This document shows, piece by piece, positions 20,072 to 30,824 of a stretch of 64,000 nucleotides of DNA; the stretch's first letter is position 1, and each line of letters starts with the position of its first letter. The stretch is from Salinivirgaceae bacterium (lineage in GTDB: Bacteria; Bacteroidota; Bacteroidia; Bacteroidales; SZUA-534), in contig JBFXEW010000007.1 of assembly GCA_050179685.1 (NCBI GenBank), positions 79,223 through 143,222 on the forward strand, read 5' to 3'. Position numbers and translations under genes: made by a program. The notes under the pieces were generated by a model. It was not told where the DNA came from. It did not search any database and was given only the letters and a program-made list of their open reading frames with translations.

Positions 20072-20935
20072 ATGAACAAAAATAATACACCCATTCCGCG
20101 TAAACCGGAATGGCTCAAAATTAAAATTCCCAAAGCTCAGGTCAACAAAAACATCAATGGCCTGGTAATATCGCAAAAACTACACACCATTTGCGAAAGT
20201 GGTAATTGCCCCAATGCCGGCGATTGCTGGGGACGAGGAACAGCAACTTTTATGATTCTGGGCGATATTTGTACCCGTGCCTGTAAATTCTGCAACGTAA
20301 AAACCGGCAAACCTTTGCCTGTTGATATCGAAGAACCACAAAAAGTTGCTGAAAGTATTCAGGCTCTAAAGCTAAAACATGCTGTAATTACTTCAGTCGA
20401 TCGCGACGATTTGCCCGATGGTGGCGCCTCAGTGTGGGTTGAGACCATTCAAAAAATTAAAGCATTAAACCCAAACACAACCATTGAAGTGCTAATTCCT
20501 GATTTTGATGGAAAACCCGAATTGATTCAACAGATTATTGATGCCAAACCCGAAGTAATTTCTCACAATCTGGAAACGGTTAAACGCTTAACACCCCAGG
20601 TTCGTAGCAAAGCAAAATACACCACCAGCCTTAAGGTGCTAAAGCAAATTGCCGATTCAGGAATTGTTGCCAAAAGTGGCATTATGCTGGGCTTAGGCGA
20701 ACTGCCCGATGAAATTCTTGAAACCATGGACGATCTGCGCCATGTAAATTGCAAAGTAATGACCATTGGCCAATACCTGCAACCTACACGCAACCACCAT
20801 CCGGTTATGGAATACGTGCATCCCGACATTTTTGCAAACTACGAAAAAGCCGGACTCGAAAAAGGATTCTCATTTGTTGAAAGCAGCCCCTTAGTGCGTT
20901 CGTCGTATAAAGCCGATCGCCATGTGAATGCCTGA
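20072..20935 (+). CDS. lipA: Lipoyl synthase
   Basis: 'RKPEWLK', 'CESGNCPNAGDC' and radical-SAM 'CTRACKFC', 'RSSYKA'. A TACTTTTG box at 20043-20050 supports the ATG at 20072. Confidence 0.97.
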   Translation: MNKNNTPIPRKPEWLKIKIPKAQVNKNINGLVISQKLHTICESGNCPNAGDCWGRGTATFMILGDICTRACKFCNVKTGKPLPVDIEEPQKVAESIQALKLKHAVITSVDRDDLPDGGASVWVETIQKIKALNPNTTIEVLIPDFDGKPELIQQIIDAKPEVISHNLETVKRLTPQVRSKAKYTTSLKVLKQIADSGIVAKSGIMLGLGELPDEILETMDDLRHVNCKVMTIGQYLQPTRNHHPVMEYVHPDIFANYEKAGLEKGFSFVESSPLVRSSYKADRHVNA

Positions 20936-20964
20936 TTTTTATTATCAGAAAATTAAAAACTACT

Positions 20965-21645
20965 ATGAAAGACGTTCGATTTAAAGATTTAGGATCTATA
21001 GAATACAAAAACGCCTGGAATTATCAGGAAGCGCGTTTTGATGAAGTAATGCAAGGCAAACTAAGTAAAAATCCGCACCCGAGTTACCTGCTTTTTTGCG
21101 AACATCCTCATGTTTTTACCTTGGGTAAAAGCGGCGACGAACACAATTTTCTGATTCACGAAGATTTTTTAAAAAAAATAAACGCCACTTACTACCAAAC
21201 CAATCGTGGTGGCGACATTACCTATCATGGCCCCGGACAATTGGTGGGTTATCCTATTTTAGATTTAGAAGTTTTTAACGTAGCTCTTAAGGACTATATT
21301 TTTAAACTGGAAGAAGCTATTATTAAAACCATTGCCGATTATGGAATTGTGGGACATCATTATAAAGGAGCAACCGGTGTCTGGCTCGATGTGGATATTC
21401 CTGAAAAAACGCGTAAAATTTGTGCCATTGGGGTAAAAGCCAGCCGCTTTGTAACCATGCATGGATTTGCTTTAAATGTAAATACGAACCTGAACTATTT
21501 TACCTACATCAATCCTTGCGGTTTTACCGACAAAGGCGTAACCTCAATGGAAAAAGAACTGGGTAGAACCGTCGATTTTGATGAGGTAAAAGAAAAAGCA
21601 AAAAAATACCTGATAGAAGTATTTGGCATGAAGCTAGTTGACTAG
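20965..21645 (+). CDS. lipB: Octanoyltransferase
   Basis: 'CEHPHVFTLG', 'RGGDITYHGPGQLVGYP', 'KICAIG', 'HGFALN' and 'PCG'. Confidence 0.96.
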   Translation: MKDVRFKDLGSIEYKNAWNYQEARFDEVMQGKLSKNPHPSYLLFCEHPHVFTLGKSGDEHNFLIHEDFLKKINATYYQTNRGGDITYHGPGQLVGYPILDLEVFNVALKDYIFKLEEAIIKTIADYGIVGHHYKGATGVWLDVDIPEKTRKICAIGVKASRFVTMHGFALNVNTNLNYFTYINPCGFTDKGVTSMEKELGRTVDFDEVKEKAKKYLIEVFGMKLVD

Positions 21646-21781
21646 AACCAGCCTGTTCCCCTGCTAAAACTTACCCTTTAAAACACCTTTCTTAGGCCAA
21701 GTTTTAGTAATTTCGTGCGTTCAATCATACAACATTTACGAATCGGAACGACTGCTTTAGGGCAGCACTAAATATATCATC

Positions 21782-23506
21782 ATGCAAAAACAATGGATTA
21801 TCAAGCCTGAGGCTTCCCATGAGCTTATTGACGAACTTTCGACAGCTATTAATGTAAGTAAACCAGTTGCCAACCTGCTTATTCAGCGGGGAATTACAAC
21901 ATTCGATGCCGCAAAAAAATTCTTCCGTCCCAACCTTCACGAACTATACGATCCTTTTTTAATGAAAGATATGCACTTGGCGGTAAGCCGCCTCGAAATG
22001 GCTATCAATAATCAGGAAGGAGTTATGGTTTATGGCGATTACGATGTAGATGGAACTACCTCGGTTTCGATGATGTATTCTTTTTTAAGAAATAAATTAA
22101 AAAACCTGCATTACTACATTCCCGACCGCTACCACGAAGGCTATGGCATTTCGTTTAAGGGAATCGATACCGCACAAGAAAAAGGTTGCTCGCTGATAAT
22201 TGCATTGGACTGTGGCATAAAAGCCATTCAAAAAGTAGATTATGCCAACGAAAAGGGAATCGATTTTATAATATGCGACCATCATGAACCGGGCGATGAA
22301 ATTCCAGCTGCTGTTGCTGTACTCGATCCCAAACGACCCGATTGCAATTATCCGTTTAAAGAATTATCGGCTTGTGGCGTTGGTTTCAAATTTATTCAGG
22401 CAATTGCTGCGCAAACCAACATCCCATTTTATAAAATTGAACATTACCTCGATCTGGTTGTGGTAAGCATTGCATCCGATATTGTTCCCATAGTTGATGA
22501 GAACCGAATAATGGCTTATTTCGGTTTGAAACGCTTAAACTCAAAACCCCGCATCGGATTAAAAGCCATTTTAGATGTGGCTGAAATTCAACCGGGAAAT
22601 TTAAAAATTAACGATTTGGTTTTTAAAGTCGGGCCACGCATCAACGCCGCCGGGCGCATGGAACAAGGGCGGTATTCGGTCGATTTATTGGTTTGCAAAG
22701 AAAAAGAGCACGCTGCGGCTATGGCCGGAAAAATTGATGAAGATAACAAAGAACGCAAATGGTTCGACGGAAACATTACCAAAGAAGCGCTGGCCATGAT
22801 TGAAGAAAATCCGGCACTTCAAGCCCGCAAATCGACCGTATTATACAACCCCGAGTGGCACAAAGGAGTTATTGGCATTGTGGCGTCACGAATTATTGAC
22901 TATTACTACAAACCTACCATAATATTAACCCGCTCGAACGGATTTGTAACCGGTTCGGCCCGCTCAGTCAGCGGATTCAATTTATACCAGGCCATTGAAC
23001 AATGTCAGGACTTACTTGAAAATTTTGGCGGGCACATGTATGCTGCCGGATTAACTTTAAAAGAGGAAAATGTAGAACCTTTTATTCAATGTTTCGAAAA
23101 AGCGGTTCAGAAAATGATAACTCCGGAAAGCGAAATTCAGAAAATTGAAGTTGACGAAGTGATTCAACTCAACCAGATTAACCAAAAGTTTTTTAAAGTA
23201 CTGGAACAGTTTGAACCTTTTGGACCGGGTAACATGACCCCGATATTTGTGGCAAAAAATGTAATAGATACCGGATATGCACAATGCGTTGGTTCAGAAA
23301 ACGAACACCTGAAACTAACCTTGTCTGATGAGGACAGTAGAAGCAGTTATCCCGCCATTGCTTTTCGTCAGTCGGTTCATTTCGATGCCATTGTTAACAG
23401 CCAACCGTTCGATGTATGTTTTAATTTGGAAGAAAACAATTTCAGAGGAAAAACATCCATCCAAATAAAAGTACGCGACATTGTGCCATCAAAGAAGGTA
23501 AATTAA
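21782..23506 (+). CDS. recJ: ssDNA-specific exonuclease RecJ
   Basis: DHH motifs 'GDYDVDG', 'LDCG', 'CDHH', 'GPRINAAGR' and 'GSARS...FGGH'. Confidence 0.97.
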   Translation: MQKQWIIKPEASHELIDELSTAINVSKPVANLLIQRGITTFDAAKKFFRPNLHELYDPFLMKDMHLAVSRLEMAINNQEGVMVYGDYDVDGTTSVSMMYSFLRNKLKNLHYYIPDRYHEGYGISFKGIDTAQEKGCSLIIALDCGIKAIQKVDYANEKGIDFIICDHHEPGDEIPAAVAVLDPKRPDCNYPFKELSACGVGFKFIQAIAAQTNIPFYKIEHYLDLVVVSIASDIVPIVDENRIMAYFGLKRLNSKPRIGLKAILDVAEIQPGNLKINDLVFKVGPRINAAGRMEQGRYSVDLLVCKEKEHAAAMAGKIDEDNKERKWFDGNITKEALAMIEENPALQARKSTVLYNPEWHKGVIGIVASRIIDYYYKPTIILTRSNGFVTGSARSVSGFNLYQAIEQCQDLLENFGGHMYAAGLTLKEENVEPFIQCFEKAVQKMITPESEIQKIEVDEVIQLNQINQKFFKVLEQFEPFGPGNMTPIFVAKNVIDTGYAQCVGSENEHLKLTLSDEDSRSSYPAIAFRQSVHFDAIVNSQPFDVCFNLEENNFRGKTSIQIKVRDIVPSKKVN

Positions 23507-23507
23507 T

Positions 23508-23548
23508 AAACAAAAAAGGTTGAACTTTAAGCTCAACCTTTTTTGTTT
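23508..23548. terminator. Bidirectional intrinsic terminator between convergent recJ and cheW
   Basis: AAACAAAAAAGGTTGA-9 nt-TCAACCTTTTTTGTTT inverted repeat. Confidence 0.85.
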
Positions 23549-23564
23549 TATCGGAATTCCCTAT

Positions 23565-24071
23565 CTATTCTTCTTCAGCCACAGCGGCTTCAGCTACTTC
23601 CTTCAGATTTACAATTTCTTCTGATGAAAAAACATTGTCCACATCGAGCAGCATAATAAACTTATTTTCCTGCTCAACCATTCCACTGATAAAATCGCTG
23701 TTAACCTCAACACCTAATGCTGGTGGGTTTTTAATATCTTCTTTCTGAATGTCGATTACGCTTTGAACCGCATCTACAATTATTCCAGTCTCAACAACTT
23801 TCCCACCTTTTCGAATCTCTAACACTACAATGCAGGTATTGTTGTCGGGTTCCTTTTCGGGCAAACCCATTTTAAGTCGGGCATCAATTACCGGAAGAAC
23901 TTTTCCCATTAAATTAATAACTCCCTTCATATAGTTTTGAGCTTTAGGAATTGAAGTTATGGGTTGTAGCTCAAGAATACGCTGAACCTTACTGGCATTA
24001 GCTGCAAAATCTTCTTCTCCAATCTTAAAAATCAGATGCGCGTTAATTTCTTCTTTCTTATCTTTTTCCAT
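23565..24071 (-). CDS. cheW: Chemotaxis coupling protein CheW
   Basis: 'LIFKIGEEDFA...ITSIPKAQNYMKGVINLMGKVLPVIDARLKMG...GIIVDAVQSV'. Confidence 0.9.
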   Translation of the reverse strand: MEKDKKEEINAHLIFKIGEEDFAANASKVQRILELQPITSIPKAQNYMKGVINLMGKVLPVIDARLKMGLPEKEPDNNTCIVVLEIRKGGKVVETGIIVDAVQSVIDIQKEDIKNPPALGVEVNSDFISGMVEQENKFIMLLDVDNVFSSEEIVNLKEVAEAAVAEEE

Positions 24072-24384
24072 GGCATGTATTATTAAATAAACCTTTGCTC
24101 AAAAGCCAAATTAGTAAAAATTATCTAATTACAATTGTATGCTACGCTCAAAACAATAAAAAGTTGCTGAACTTTAACCGGAATATTTTATAAACAAGAA
24201 ACCCCCTGGCTTTGTTTGAAAAACAACTAATTTTACGAAATAAAACAAACGCAATTTTTTTAACTGTTGTAGTTTCAATCTTTAAATCAATTCGGTTTAT
24301 TTAAAGAAAATTGATTTTTTTATCTGGCAAACCAGATAATCGATTAAGTTAACTATTTTTGCATCTGTTGAAAAAAAATAAAAA

Positions 24385-25203
24385 ATGGAAGTATTAAAAA
24401 CAACAATAGAACATGCCTGGGAAAACAGAGACCAGCTAAAAGAATCGCGGGTACAGGAAACCATTAAACAAGTAATTGATTTACTGGACAAAGGCTTGTT
24501 ACGTGTTGCCGAACCACTCGATAATGGCGAATGGAAAGTAAATGAATGGGTAAAAAAAGCGGTGATTTTGTTTTTCCCCATCAGCAAAATGGAAACTATT
24601 GAACTGGGCCCTTTTGAATTTCACGATAAGATTGCTTTAAAGAAAAATTACGCAGCACAGCAGGTACGAGTAGTTCCTCATGGCTTAGCCCGCGAAGGAG
24701 CTTACCTGGCTCCCGGTGTAATTATGATGCCCTCGTATGTTAATATTGGCGCTTATGTTGACAGCGGCACCATGGTCGACACCTGGGCAACTGTAGGCTC
24801 GTGCGCACAAATAGGTAAAAATGTTCATTTAAGCGGTGGTGTGGGAATTGGTGGTGTGCTTGAACCTGTTCAGGCAGCTCCGGTAATTATCGAAGACAAT
24901 TGCTTTATTGGTTCACGCTGCATTATTGTCGAAGGGGCACACATTGGAAAAGAAGCCGTTTTGGGAGCCAATGTGGTAATTACCAATTCAACCAAAATTA
25001 TTGATGTAACTACTGCTGACGCTAAAGAATACAAAGGTTATGTTCCGCCACGTTCGGTAGTAATTCCGGGTTCTTATACCAAAAAATTTTCGGCGGGTGA
25101 ATTTCAGGTGCCTTGCGCTTTAATTATTGGAACACGTAAAGAAAGTACCGATAAAAAAACATCGCTAAACAATGCTCTGCGCGAATACGATGTAGCTGTT
25201 TAA
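24385..25203 (+). CDS. dapD: Tetrahydrodipicolinate N-succinyltransferase
   Basis: 'WKVNEWVKKAVILFF', 'MPSYVNIGAYVD', 'DTWATVGSCAQIG' and 'GGVLEP'. Confidence 0.95.
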   Translation: MEVLKTTIEHAWENRDQLKESRVQETIKQVIDLLDKGLLRVAEPLDNGEWKVNEWVKKAVILFFPISKMETIELGPFEFHDKIALKKNYAAQQVRVVPHGLAREGAYLAPGVIMMPSYVNIGAYVDSGTMVDTWATVGSCAQIGKNVHLSGGVGIGGVLEPVQAAPVIIEDNCFIGSRCIIVEGAHIGKEAVLGANVVITNSTKIIDVTTADAKEYKGYVPPRSVVIPGSYTKKFSAGEFQVPCALIIGTRKESTDKKTSLNNALREYDVAV

Positions 25204-25294
25204 ACAAAATACATTCAATAAAAAAACCGGAAACTACATCAGCCAAACGTTGAATCTGCCTTTTATACAACAACTTTAATAGCACTGTTTTCAG

Positions 25295-25870
25295 ATGACC
25301 GATTTTAAAAACGATATCGCTAAAGCGCTCGAAGTGCTCCGCATCGGCGGAGTAATTCTTTATCCCACCGATACTATCTGGGGTTTGGGTTGCGATGCAA
25401 CCAATCAGGAAGCTGTAAAAAAAATATACGCCTTAAAAAAACGCGCCGACAATAAATCGATGATTATTTTGGTTGATACACCCAACCGAATCAACAGTTA
25501 TATTGAAGAGGTGCCCGATATTGCTTTCGATTTGATGGAACTGGCCGACAAACCCCTGACCCTGATTCTGGAAGGCGCTAAAAATCTGGCTGAAAATGTA
25601 GTCAACCAGGAAGATAAAAGTGTAGGGATTCGTGTGGTAAACGAAGCTTTTTGCAGGCAACTTATCAGGCAATTTAAAAAACCCATTGTATCTACATCGG
25701 CAAATTATAGCGGAGAACCATCGCCTGCTATTTTCGACGAGATTAACGAAACCCTGATTTCGAAGGTAGATTACGTGGTTGAATACCGCCAGGATGATAT
25801 AAAAAAAGCAGCTCCATCGGGCATAATAAAAGTTGAAACCAACGGAGGAATTAAAATTATACGGGCCTGA
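25295..25870 (+). CDS. tsaC: L-threonylcarbamoyladenylate synthase (YrdC/Sua5 family)
   Basis: 'YPTDTIWGLGCDA', 'IYALKKR' and 'STSANYSG'. Confidence 0.92.
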   Translation: MTDFKNDIAKALEVLRIGGVILYPTDTIWGLGCDATNQEAVKKIYALKKRADNKSMIILVDTPNRINSYIEEVPDIAFDLMELADKPLTLILEGAKNLAENVVNQEDKSVGIRVVNEAFCRQLIRQFKKPIVSTSANYSGEPSPAIFDEINETLISKVDYVVEYRQDDIKKAAPSGIIKVETNGGIKIIRA

Positions 25871-25929
25871 CAAATTACTTTTGAATAAAAGCGGTCTTTA
25901 CCTTATATTTGATAGCAAATCGAATAACA

Positions 25930-27012
25930 ATGAGGATTGCTTTTTCTGTTTTCTTTTTAAGTACCTGGCTTTTTAGCGCATCGCAAAATATCGCTGCTTT
26001 TTCTGATTACCAAAACCGTTTTTTTGTTTTCGACGATGGGAAAATAAGGCAACTGGAGCATCTTCCGGTTTTATCGTTCGAAACAGGCGACGATTGCATT
26101 GCTTACCTGACCAACAGCAGCAATTTTAAAATTTACCACAATCACATTGCCTATGAGGTGGCGCCGCTGGTAAGTTCGTACCAGGTTACCAATCATTTGG
26201 TTTCATACGCCAATGGTTCCCAGCTTTATGTTTTCGATGGCGGAAATAAAGTACTTCTTTCAAAATATACCGGTGAATTCCGCACCAACGATAGTTTAAT
26301 TGCTTTTTTCGACACCTTTAATCACTATTTTCAGGTTTATTATAAGGGTGAAATAATTACCCTCGAAGACGGATTGCTGCATGAATCCATCACACTGTTT
26401 AAAACCGGTCCCAACATGCTGGCTTACATTGATGCTTATGAAAATTTTAAAGTATTTTACCAAAATCAGGTTTTCGATTTAATGAAAACCAACGTGGTTC
26501 CGTCTATTGAAGTAGGCAGAAATATCCTGGCTTTTATTGATCCTTTAACCGATTACCTGCAGGTTTTTTATAATAATGAGTTACAAACCATTGAAGCATT
26601 TAAACCCGAATCGTTTCAGGTGGCTTACGATAAAGTTGCTTTTATAAGCAATACGGGCGATTTTAAACTTTTTGATAAGGGGGAGCTATACACCATTACC
26701 CCTTACAGCCCCGATTACTACGAATTAAAATACAACATGCTGGTTTATCATCAGCAGAATCAACTGTTTGCTTTTTTTGAGGGTCAGAATTATTTGATTG
26801 AAAATTACATTCCCGACTCGTATAAAATTAACGATAACTCCATTGCCTACATCGATCAAAACGGAAATTTACAGCTGTTTACCAAAGGCGAACATGTAAC
26901 CCTGTCGTACGAACAAATAAACAGTTTTCAGGTGCTGCGGAATGTGGTTATTTTTAACGAAGGAATGAATACCACCAAAATATTCTACAACAATAAAACC
27001 TATACACCATAA
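25930..27012 (+). CDS. Secreted protein with ~10 tandem ~36-aa beta-rich repeats (propeller-like), unknown function
   Basis: Signal peptide and a recurring A[FY]xD...F[KQ]VFYxG/N pattern. The TTG at 25909 lies inside a TATATTTG promoter box, so ATG 25930 is used. Confidence 0.6.
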   Translation: MRIAFSVFFLSTWLFSASQNIAAFSDYQNRFFVFDDGKIRQLEHLPVLSFETGDDCIAYLTNSSNFKIYHNHIAYEVAPLVSSYQVTNHLVSYANGSQLYVFDGGNKVLLSKYTGEFRTNDSLIAFFDTFNHYFQVYYKGEIITLEDGLLHESITLFKTGPNMLAYIDAYENFKVFYQNQVFDLMKTNVVPSIEVGRNILAFIDPLTDYLQVFYNNELQTIEAFKPESFQVAYDKVAFISNTGDFKLFDKGELYTITPYSPDYYELKYNMLVYHQQNQLFAFFEGQNYLIENYIPDSYKINDNSIAYIDQNGNLQLFTKGEHVTLSYEQINSFQVLRNVVIFNEGMNTTKIFYNNKTYTP

Positions 27013-27063
27013 AAAACCCCTCAACCAAAAGGAAAAGGGGTGTAAAAATACTTTTAAAAGGTT

Positions 27064-28281
27064 TTAAGCTACCTTTAATTTACTCAAATTAGCTTTGCTT
27101 AATTTCTGTTTGGCGTATTCCAGAGTAACTTTAAACTCATGCACTTCTTCCGAGGGAAGTTCAAACATGGCATCGTTAATTATTACTTCGCAAATTGAAC
27201 GCAAACCACGTGCTCCCAACTTGTATTCCACTGCTTTTTCAACAATATAATCGAAGCATTCTTCATCGAACGAAAGTTTAATATGGTCAATCTCAAATAG
27301 TTTTTCGTACTGTTTGATGATGGCGTTTTTAGGTTCGGTAAGAATCAGGCGCAAGGTTTCTTTATCAAGCGGATTCAGGTAGGTCAAAACCGGCAAACGA
27401 CCAATAATTTCGGGAATTAAACCAAAACTTTTTAAATCCTGGGGAGCAATGTATTGCAATACGTTTTTACGGTCAACCCTGTCGCGTTGATCGGAACCGC
27501 CAAAACCAACTACCTGTGTATTTAAGCGTTGTGATATTTTCTTCTCAATGCCATCGAAAGCACCACCGCAGATAAACAGTACATTTTTTGTGTTTACCGG
27601 AATCATTTTTTGTTCCGGATGCTTGCGTCCGCCTTGTGGCGGTACATTGATTACAGAACCTTCGAGCAATTTCAATAAGCCCTGTTGCACTCCTTCGCCC
27701 GAAACGTCGCGCGTAATGGAAGGATTATCGCCTTTACGGGCAATTTTATCAATCTCGTCGATAAAAACAATTCCTCGTTCAGCAGCACTCACATCGTAAT
27801 CGGCAGCTTGTAAAAGCCGGGTTAAAATGCTTTCAATATCCTCGCCCACATAACCGGCTTCAGTTAAAACCGTGGCATCGACAATGGTAAACGGAACGTG
27901 CAACATTTTAGCAATGGTGCGGGCTAGTAAGGTTTTTCCGGTTCCGGTTTCACCAACCAAAACAATGTTCGATTTTTCAATCTCTACATCGTCTTTTTTG
28001 CTTTTTACCTGAGCCAGACGTTTGTAATGATTGTAAACGGCCACCGAAAGGTATTTTTTTGCATCGTCCTGACCAACTACGTATTGATCGAGAAAGGCTT
28101 TAATCTCTTTAGGTTTTAATAATTTAACGCTGTTAAAATCGAAATCACTGGTGGTTTTTAATTCCTCCTCAATAATTTCATAAGCCTGGTTTATACAGCT
28201 ATCGCATATGTGACCCGAGATACCGGCAATCAGCAAATTGACATCTTTTTTCTCTCTTCCGCAAAACGAACATTTCTCCAT
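27064..28281 (-). CDS. clpX: ATP-dependent Clp protease ATPase subunit
   Basis: Zn finger CSFC...CDSC, 'GETGTGKT', 'DEIDK', '[10 protein letters not shown]' and 'GARGLR'. Confidence 0.98.
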   Translation of the reverse strand: MEKCSFCGREKKDVNLLIAGISGHICDSCINQAYEIIEEELKTTSDFDFNSVKLLKPKEIKAFLDQYVVGQDDAKKYLSVAVYNHYKRLAQVKSKKDDVEIEKSNIVLVGETGTGKTLLARTIAKMLHVPFTIVDATVLTEAGYVGEDIESILTRLLQAADYDVSAAERGIVFIDEIDKIARKGDNPSITRDVSGEGVQQGLLKLLEGSVINVPPQGGRKHPEQKMIPVNTKNVLFICGGAFDGIEKKISQRLNTQVVGFGGSDQRDRVDRKNVLQYIAPQDLKSFGLIPEIIGRLPVLTYLNPLDKETLRLILTEPKNAIIKQYEKLFEIDHIKLSFDEECFDYIVEKAVEYKLGARGLRSICEVIINDAMFELPSEEVHEFKVTLEYAKQKLSKANLSKLKVA

Positions 28282-28336
28282 AACAACTTTTTCTCTTCAG
28301 ATGTGATTTACCTATAAAAGGTTGGATAAAAATAAA

Positions 28337-28373
28337 AAAATAGATTCCTTTTGCAAAGCTAGGAATCTATTTT
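28337..28373 (-). terminator. Hairpin/terminator between clpP and clpX
   Basis: AAAATAGATTCCT-11 nt-AGGAATCTATTTT with flanking A/T runs. Confidence 0.6.
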
Positions 28374-28405
28374 CAATTATACTTTATAATCAATCAATTA
28401 TGTAA

Positions 28406-29083
28406 TTAATCTTTCTTACGCTCCAGAATTTCGTCAATCATACCGTATTCCTTAGCTTCAATGGCTGTCATCCAGTAATCTCGATCCGAGTCTTTTTCAA
28501 TTCGTTCAAAAGGATTTCCCGAATGTTTTGAAATAATCTGGTACAACTCATTCTTCAGTTTAATAATCTCACGAGCAGTAATTTCAATATCTGAAACCTG
28601 TCCTTGCGCACCTCCCATGGGTTGATGAATCATCACCCGCGAGTGTGGTAAAGCCGAACGTTTTCCTTTGGTTCCGGCAGTTAACAATACAGCACCCATT
28701 GAAGCAGCCATTCCGGTGCAGATGGTGTTAATTTCAGGATTGATGTACTGCATGGTATCGTAAATTCCCAGGCCGGCATAAACCGAACCTCCAGGAGTAT
28801 TAAAATATATTGAAATATCCTTATCGGGATCGGTCGACTCCAGGAAAAGCAATTGTGCCTGAATAATGTTGGCTACATCGTCGTCGATGGGAACACCCAG
28901 AAAAATAATGCGATCCATCATTAATCGTGAGAAAACATCCATCGAAGCAATGTTTAATTGACGCTCTTCAATAATATTGGGCGTAATGTAACTGCTGTTT
29001 ACCCGGGCAAACCTGTCGTATGCTGAGCTACTGATGCCCGCATGTTTGGTTGCATATTTTCTAAATTCGTCGTGTGGAATCAT
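28406..29083 (-). CDS. clpP: Clp protease proteolytic subunit
   Basis: 'DVFSRLMMDRIIFLG', 'NTPGG', 'AASMG' and 'MIHQP'. Confidence 0.98.
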   Translation of the reverse strand: MIPHDEFRKYATKHAGISSSAYDRFARVNSSYITPNIIEERQLNIASMDVFSRLMMDRIIFLGVPIDDDVANIIQAQLLFLESTDPDKDISIYFNTPGGSVYAGLGIYDTMQYINPEINTICTGMAASMGAVLLTAGTKGKRSALPHSRVMIHQPMGGAQGQVSDIEITAREIIKLKNELYQIISKHSGNPFERIEKDSDRDYWMTAIEAKEYGMIDEILERKKD

Positions 29084-29175
29084 AAGAGTTATTTTTAAAA
29101 TTAAGGTTACAATTTAGCATTTTTTGGGTCAAATATGTCAACACCAATAAAATTAACGCGTGAACTTAACCTTTA

Positions 29176-30525
29176 TTATTTAAACAATTCTTCAAATTCT
29201 TTCATTGAAACCGCTTTGTTTTCAACTTTAATGGTTTCTTTCAGGTATTCCACAATTTTTTGTTCAAAGATGCGATCCACCATTTTGCGTCGCTCGTCTT
29301 CGTTGGTAAGTGTTTGTTTGGCATAAGCCTCTAATTGCTCGTCAGGAATATGCATTAAGCCGTATTGCTGAAACTGCATTAAAACCGACTGCTTGGCATA
29401 ATCGAGTAATTCATTTTCTTCCATTTTGAATGCCTGCTCTGCGGTAATCTTATTTTTAATCAGCTGCCAGGCCAAATCGGCTTGCATCAGCGGATAATCT
29501 TTTTCAACCGACTCTGTGGTTAATTCTTTATTGGCAGCAACTAACCAACGTTTCAGGAAAGCATCGGGTAGTTTCAAATCCGCTTTGCTAACCAATTTTT
29601 CTTTAGCATCGATAAGGAATTTATAGTCGCTCGATGAAACAAAACTGGCTTTAATTTCCTCAACAATTTTGTTTTTATATTCTTTTTCTGAAGCAACGGT
29701 TCCTTCGCCATAAACTTTATCAAAAAGCTCCTGATTAACTTCGTCCGGTTGGTGACGGCTGATGCTTTGAACCGTAAAGCGGAAGTTTCCATCCAATTGT
29801 TCAGCAACTTCTTTGTCAACTCGTAACATCGAAGCCAAATCGGCGGTGTTTGCAAAAGCTTTTTTCAATTCAAAATCAATAATGTCGTCTTTTTTTGCAC
29901 CAATTACCAAAGCCCGAATATTCTCTTCTTCGATGCGGTCAACGGCAAACAAACTGTCTTCAGTAACAATTCCGTCTTCGAGCAGATTTCCATCGGCTCC
30001 CAGTTGTTCAAATTTTCCCTTAACCAAATCTTTGGCCTCTACCACGTCGGCTTCAATGGTTTCGCCAAAACGCGATTTGTGGTTTTCAATCGATTCCTGA
30101 ATCATGGTTTCGTCCACATCAATCTCGTAGTAAGTAACTTTATCGCGTTTCGACAGTTTCAACTCAAAAGCCGGTTGAAAAGCAATATCAAAAGCAAATT
30201 CAAAATCTTCTTTTGCATCGAAATCAAGGTCCGATTCAGCGTTAATGCTTGGAAGGGGTTCTCCCAAAATATCTAATTTCTCGTCAACCAGGTGTTTGGT
30301 CAGGTTCTCCGAAACGATTTTGTTTACCTCGTCGAGTAAAACCGATTTACCGTACAATTTTTTAACCATACCCATAGGTGCCATCCCCGGACGGAAACCT
30401 TTGATGCTGGCTTTTTTGCGATAATCGCGTAAAACTTTTTCTACGGATTCTGCATAGTCGTTTTTTTCAACCTTCACTTTAATGATGGCATTCAATTCGT
30501 CAATGTTCTCTCTTGTAATGTTCAT
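29176..30525 (-). CDS. tig: Trigger factor
   Basis: Ribosome-binding 'KGFRPGMAP' signature, 449 aa, tig-clpP-clpX synteny. Confidence 0.95.
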   Translation of the reverse strand: MNITRENIDELNAIIKVKVEKNDYAESVEKVLRDYRKKASIKGFRPGMAPMGMVKKLYGKSVLLDEVNKIVSENLTKHLVDEKLDILGEPLPSINAESDLDFDAKEDFEFAFDIAFQPAFELKLSKRDKVTYYEIDVDETMIQESIENHKSRFGETIEADVVEAKDLVKGKFEQLGADGNLLEDGIVTEDSLFAVDRIEEENIRALVIGAKKDDIIDFELKKAFANTADLASMLRVDKEVAEQLDGNFRFTVQSISRHQPDEVNQELFDKVYGEGTVASEKEYKNKIVEEIKASFVSSSDYKFLIDAKEKLVSKADLKLPDAFLKRWLVAANKELTTESVEKDYPLMQADLAWQLIKNKITAEQAFKMEENELLDYAKQSVLMQFQQYGLMHIPDEQLEAYAKQTLTNEDERRKMVDRIFEQKIVEYLKETIKVENKAVSMKEFEELFK

Positions 30526-30557
30526 TAGACCTGACTTTAAATTAATATCAATTTAAA

Positions 30558-30590
30558 AAACCGCCAAACAGATTACCCGAATGGCGGTTT
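30558..30590 (-). terminator. Intrinsic terminator downstream of tRNA-Leu
   Basis: AAACCGCCA...TGGCGGTTT stem followed by a U-run on the - strand. Confidence 0.75.
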
Positions 30591-30605
30591 ACTTTTTCAT
30601 TTTTG

Positions 30606-30687
30606 TGCGGATGAAGGGACTCGAACCCCCACGCCTTGCGGCACTAGATCCTAAGTCTAGCTCGGCTACCAATTACGACACATCCGC
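30606..30687 (-). tRNA. tRNA-Leu (anticodon TAG), CCA not encoded
   Basis: Minus strand reads GCGGATG acceptor stem, D-loop TAATTGGTAG, anticodon arm CTAGA-CT TAG GA-TCTAG, long variable arm CCGCAAGG and T-loop GGTTCGAGTCC. Confidence 0.97.
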
Positions 30688-30702
30688 CTGAATTTGGTGG
30701 TG

Positions 30703-30733
30703 CAAATATACGGTTCTTTTTTATTTTGACAAA
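30703..30733 (-). promoter_or_regulatory. tRNA-Leu promoter (TTTG-19-TATATTTG)
   Basis: Both Bacteroidota promoter elements with canonical spacing. Confidence 0.75.
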
Positions 30734-30824
30734 TTCGTGAATTACTTTTTTGGCATTTATTTAAGACACCATATTTTTAATTGATTTCTAGAACGATATG
30801 CATCGATATATTGCAAGAAAAATG

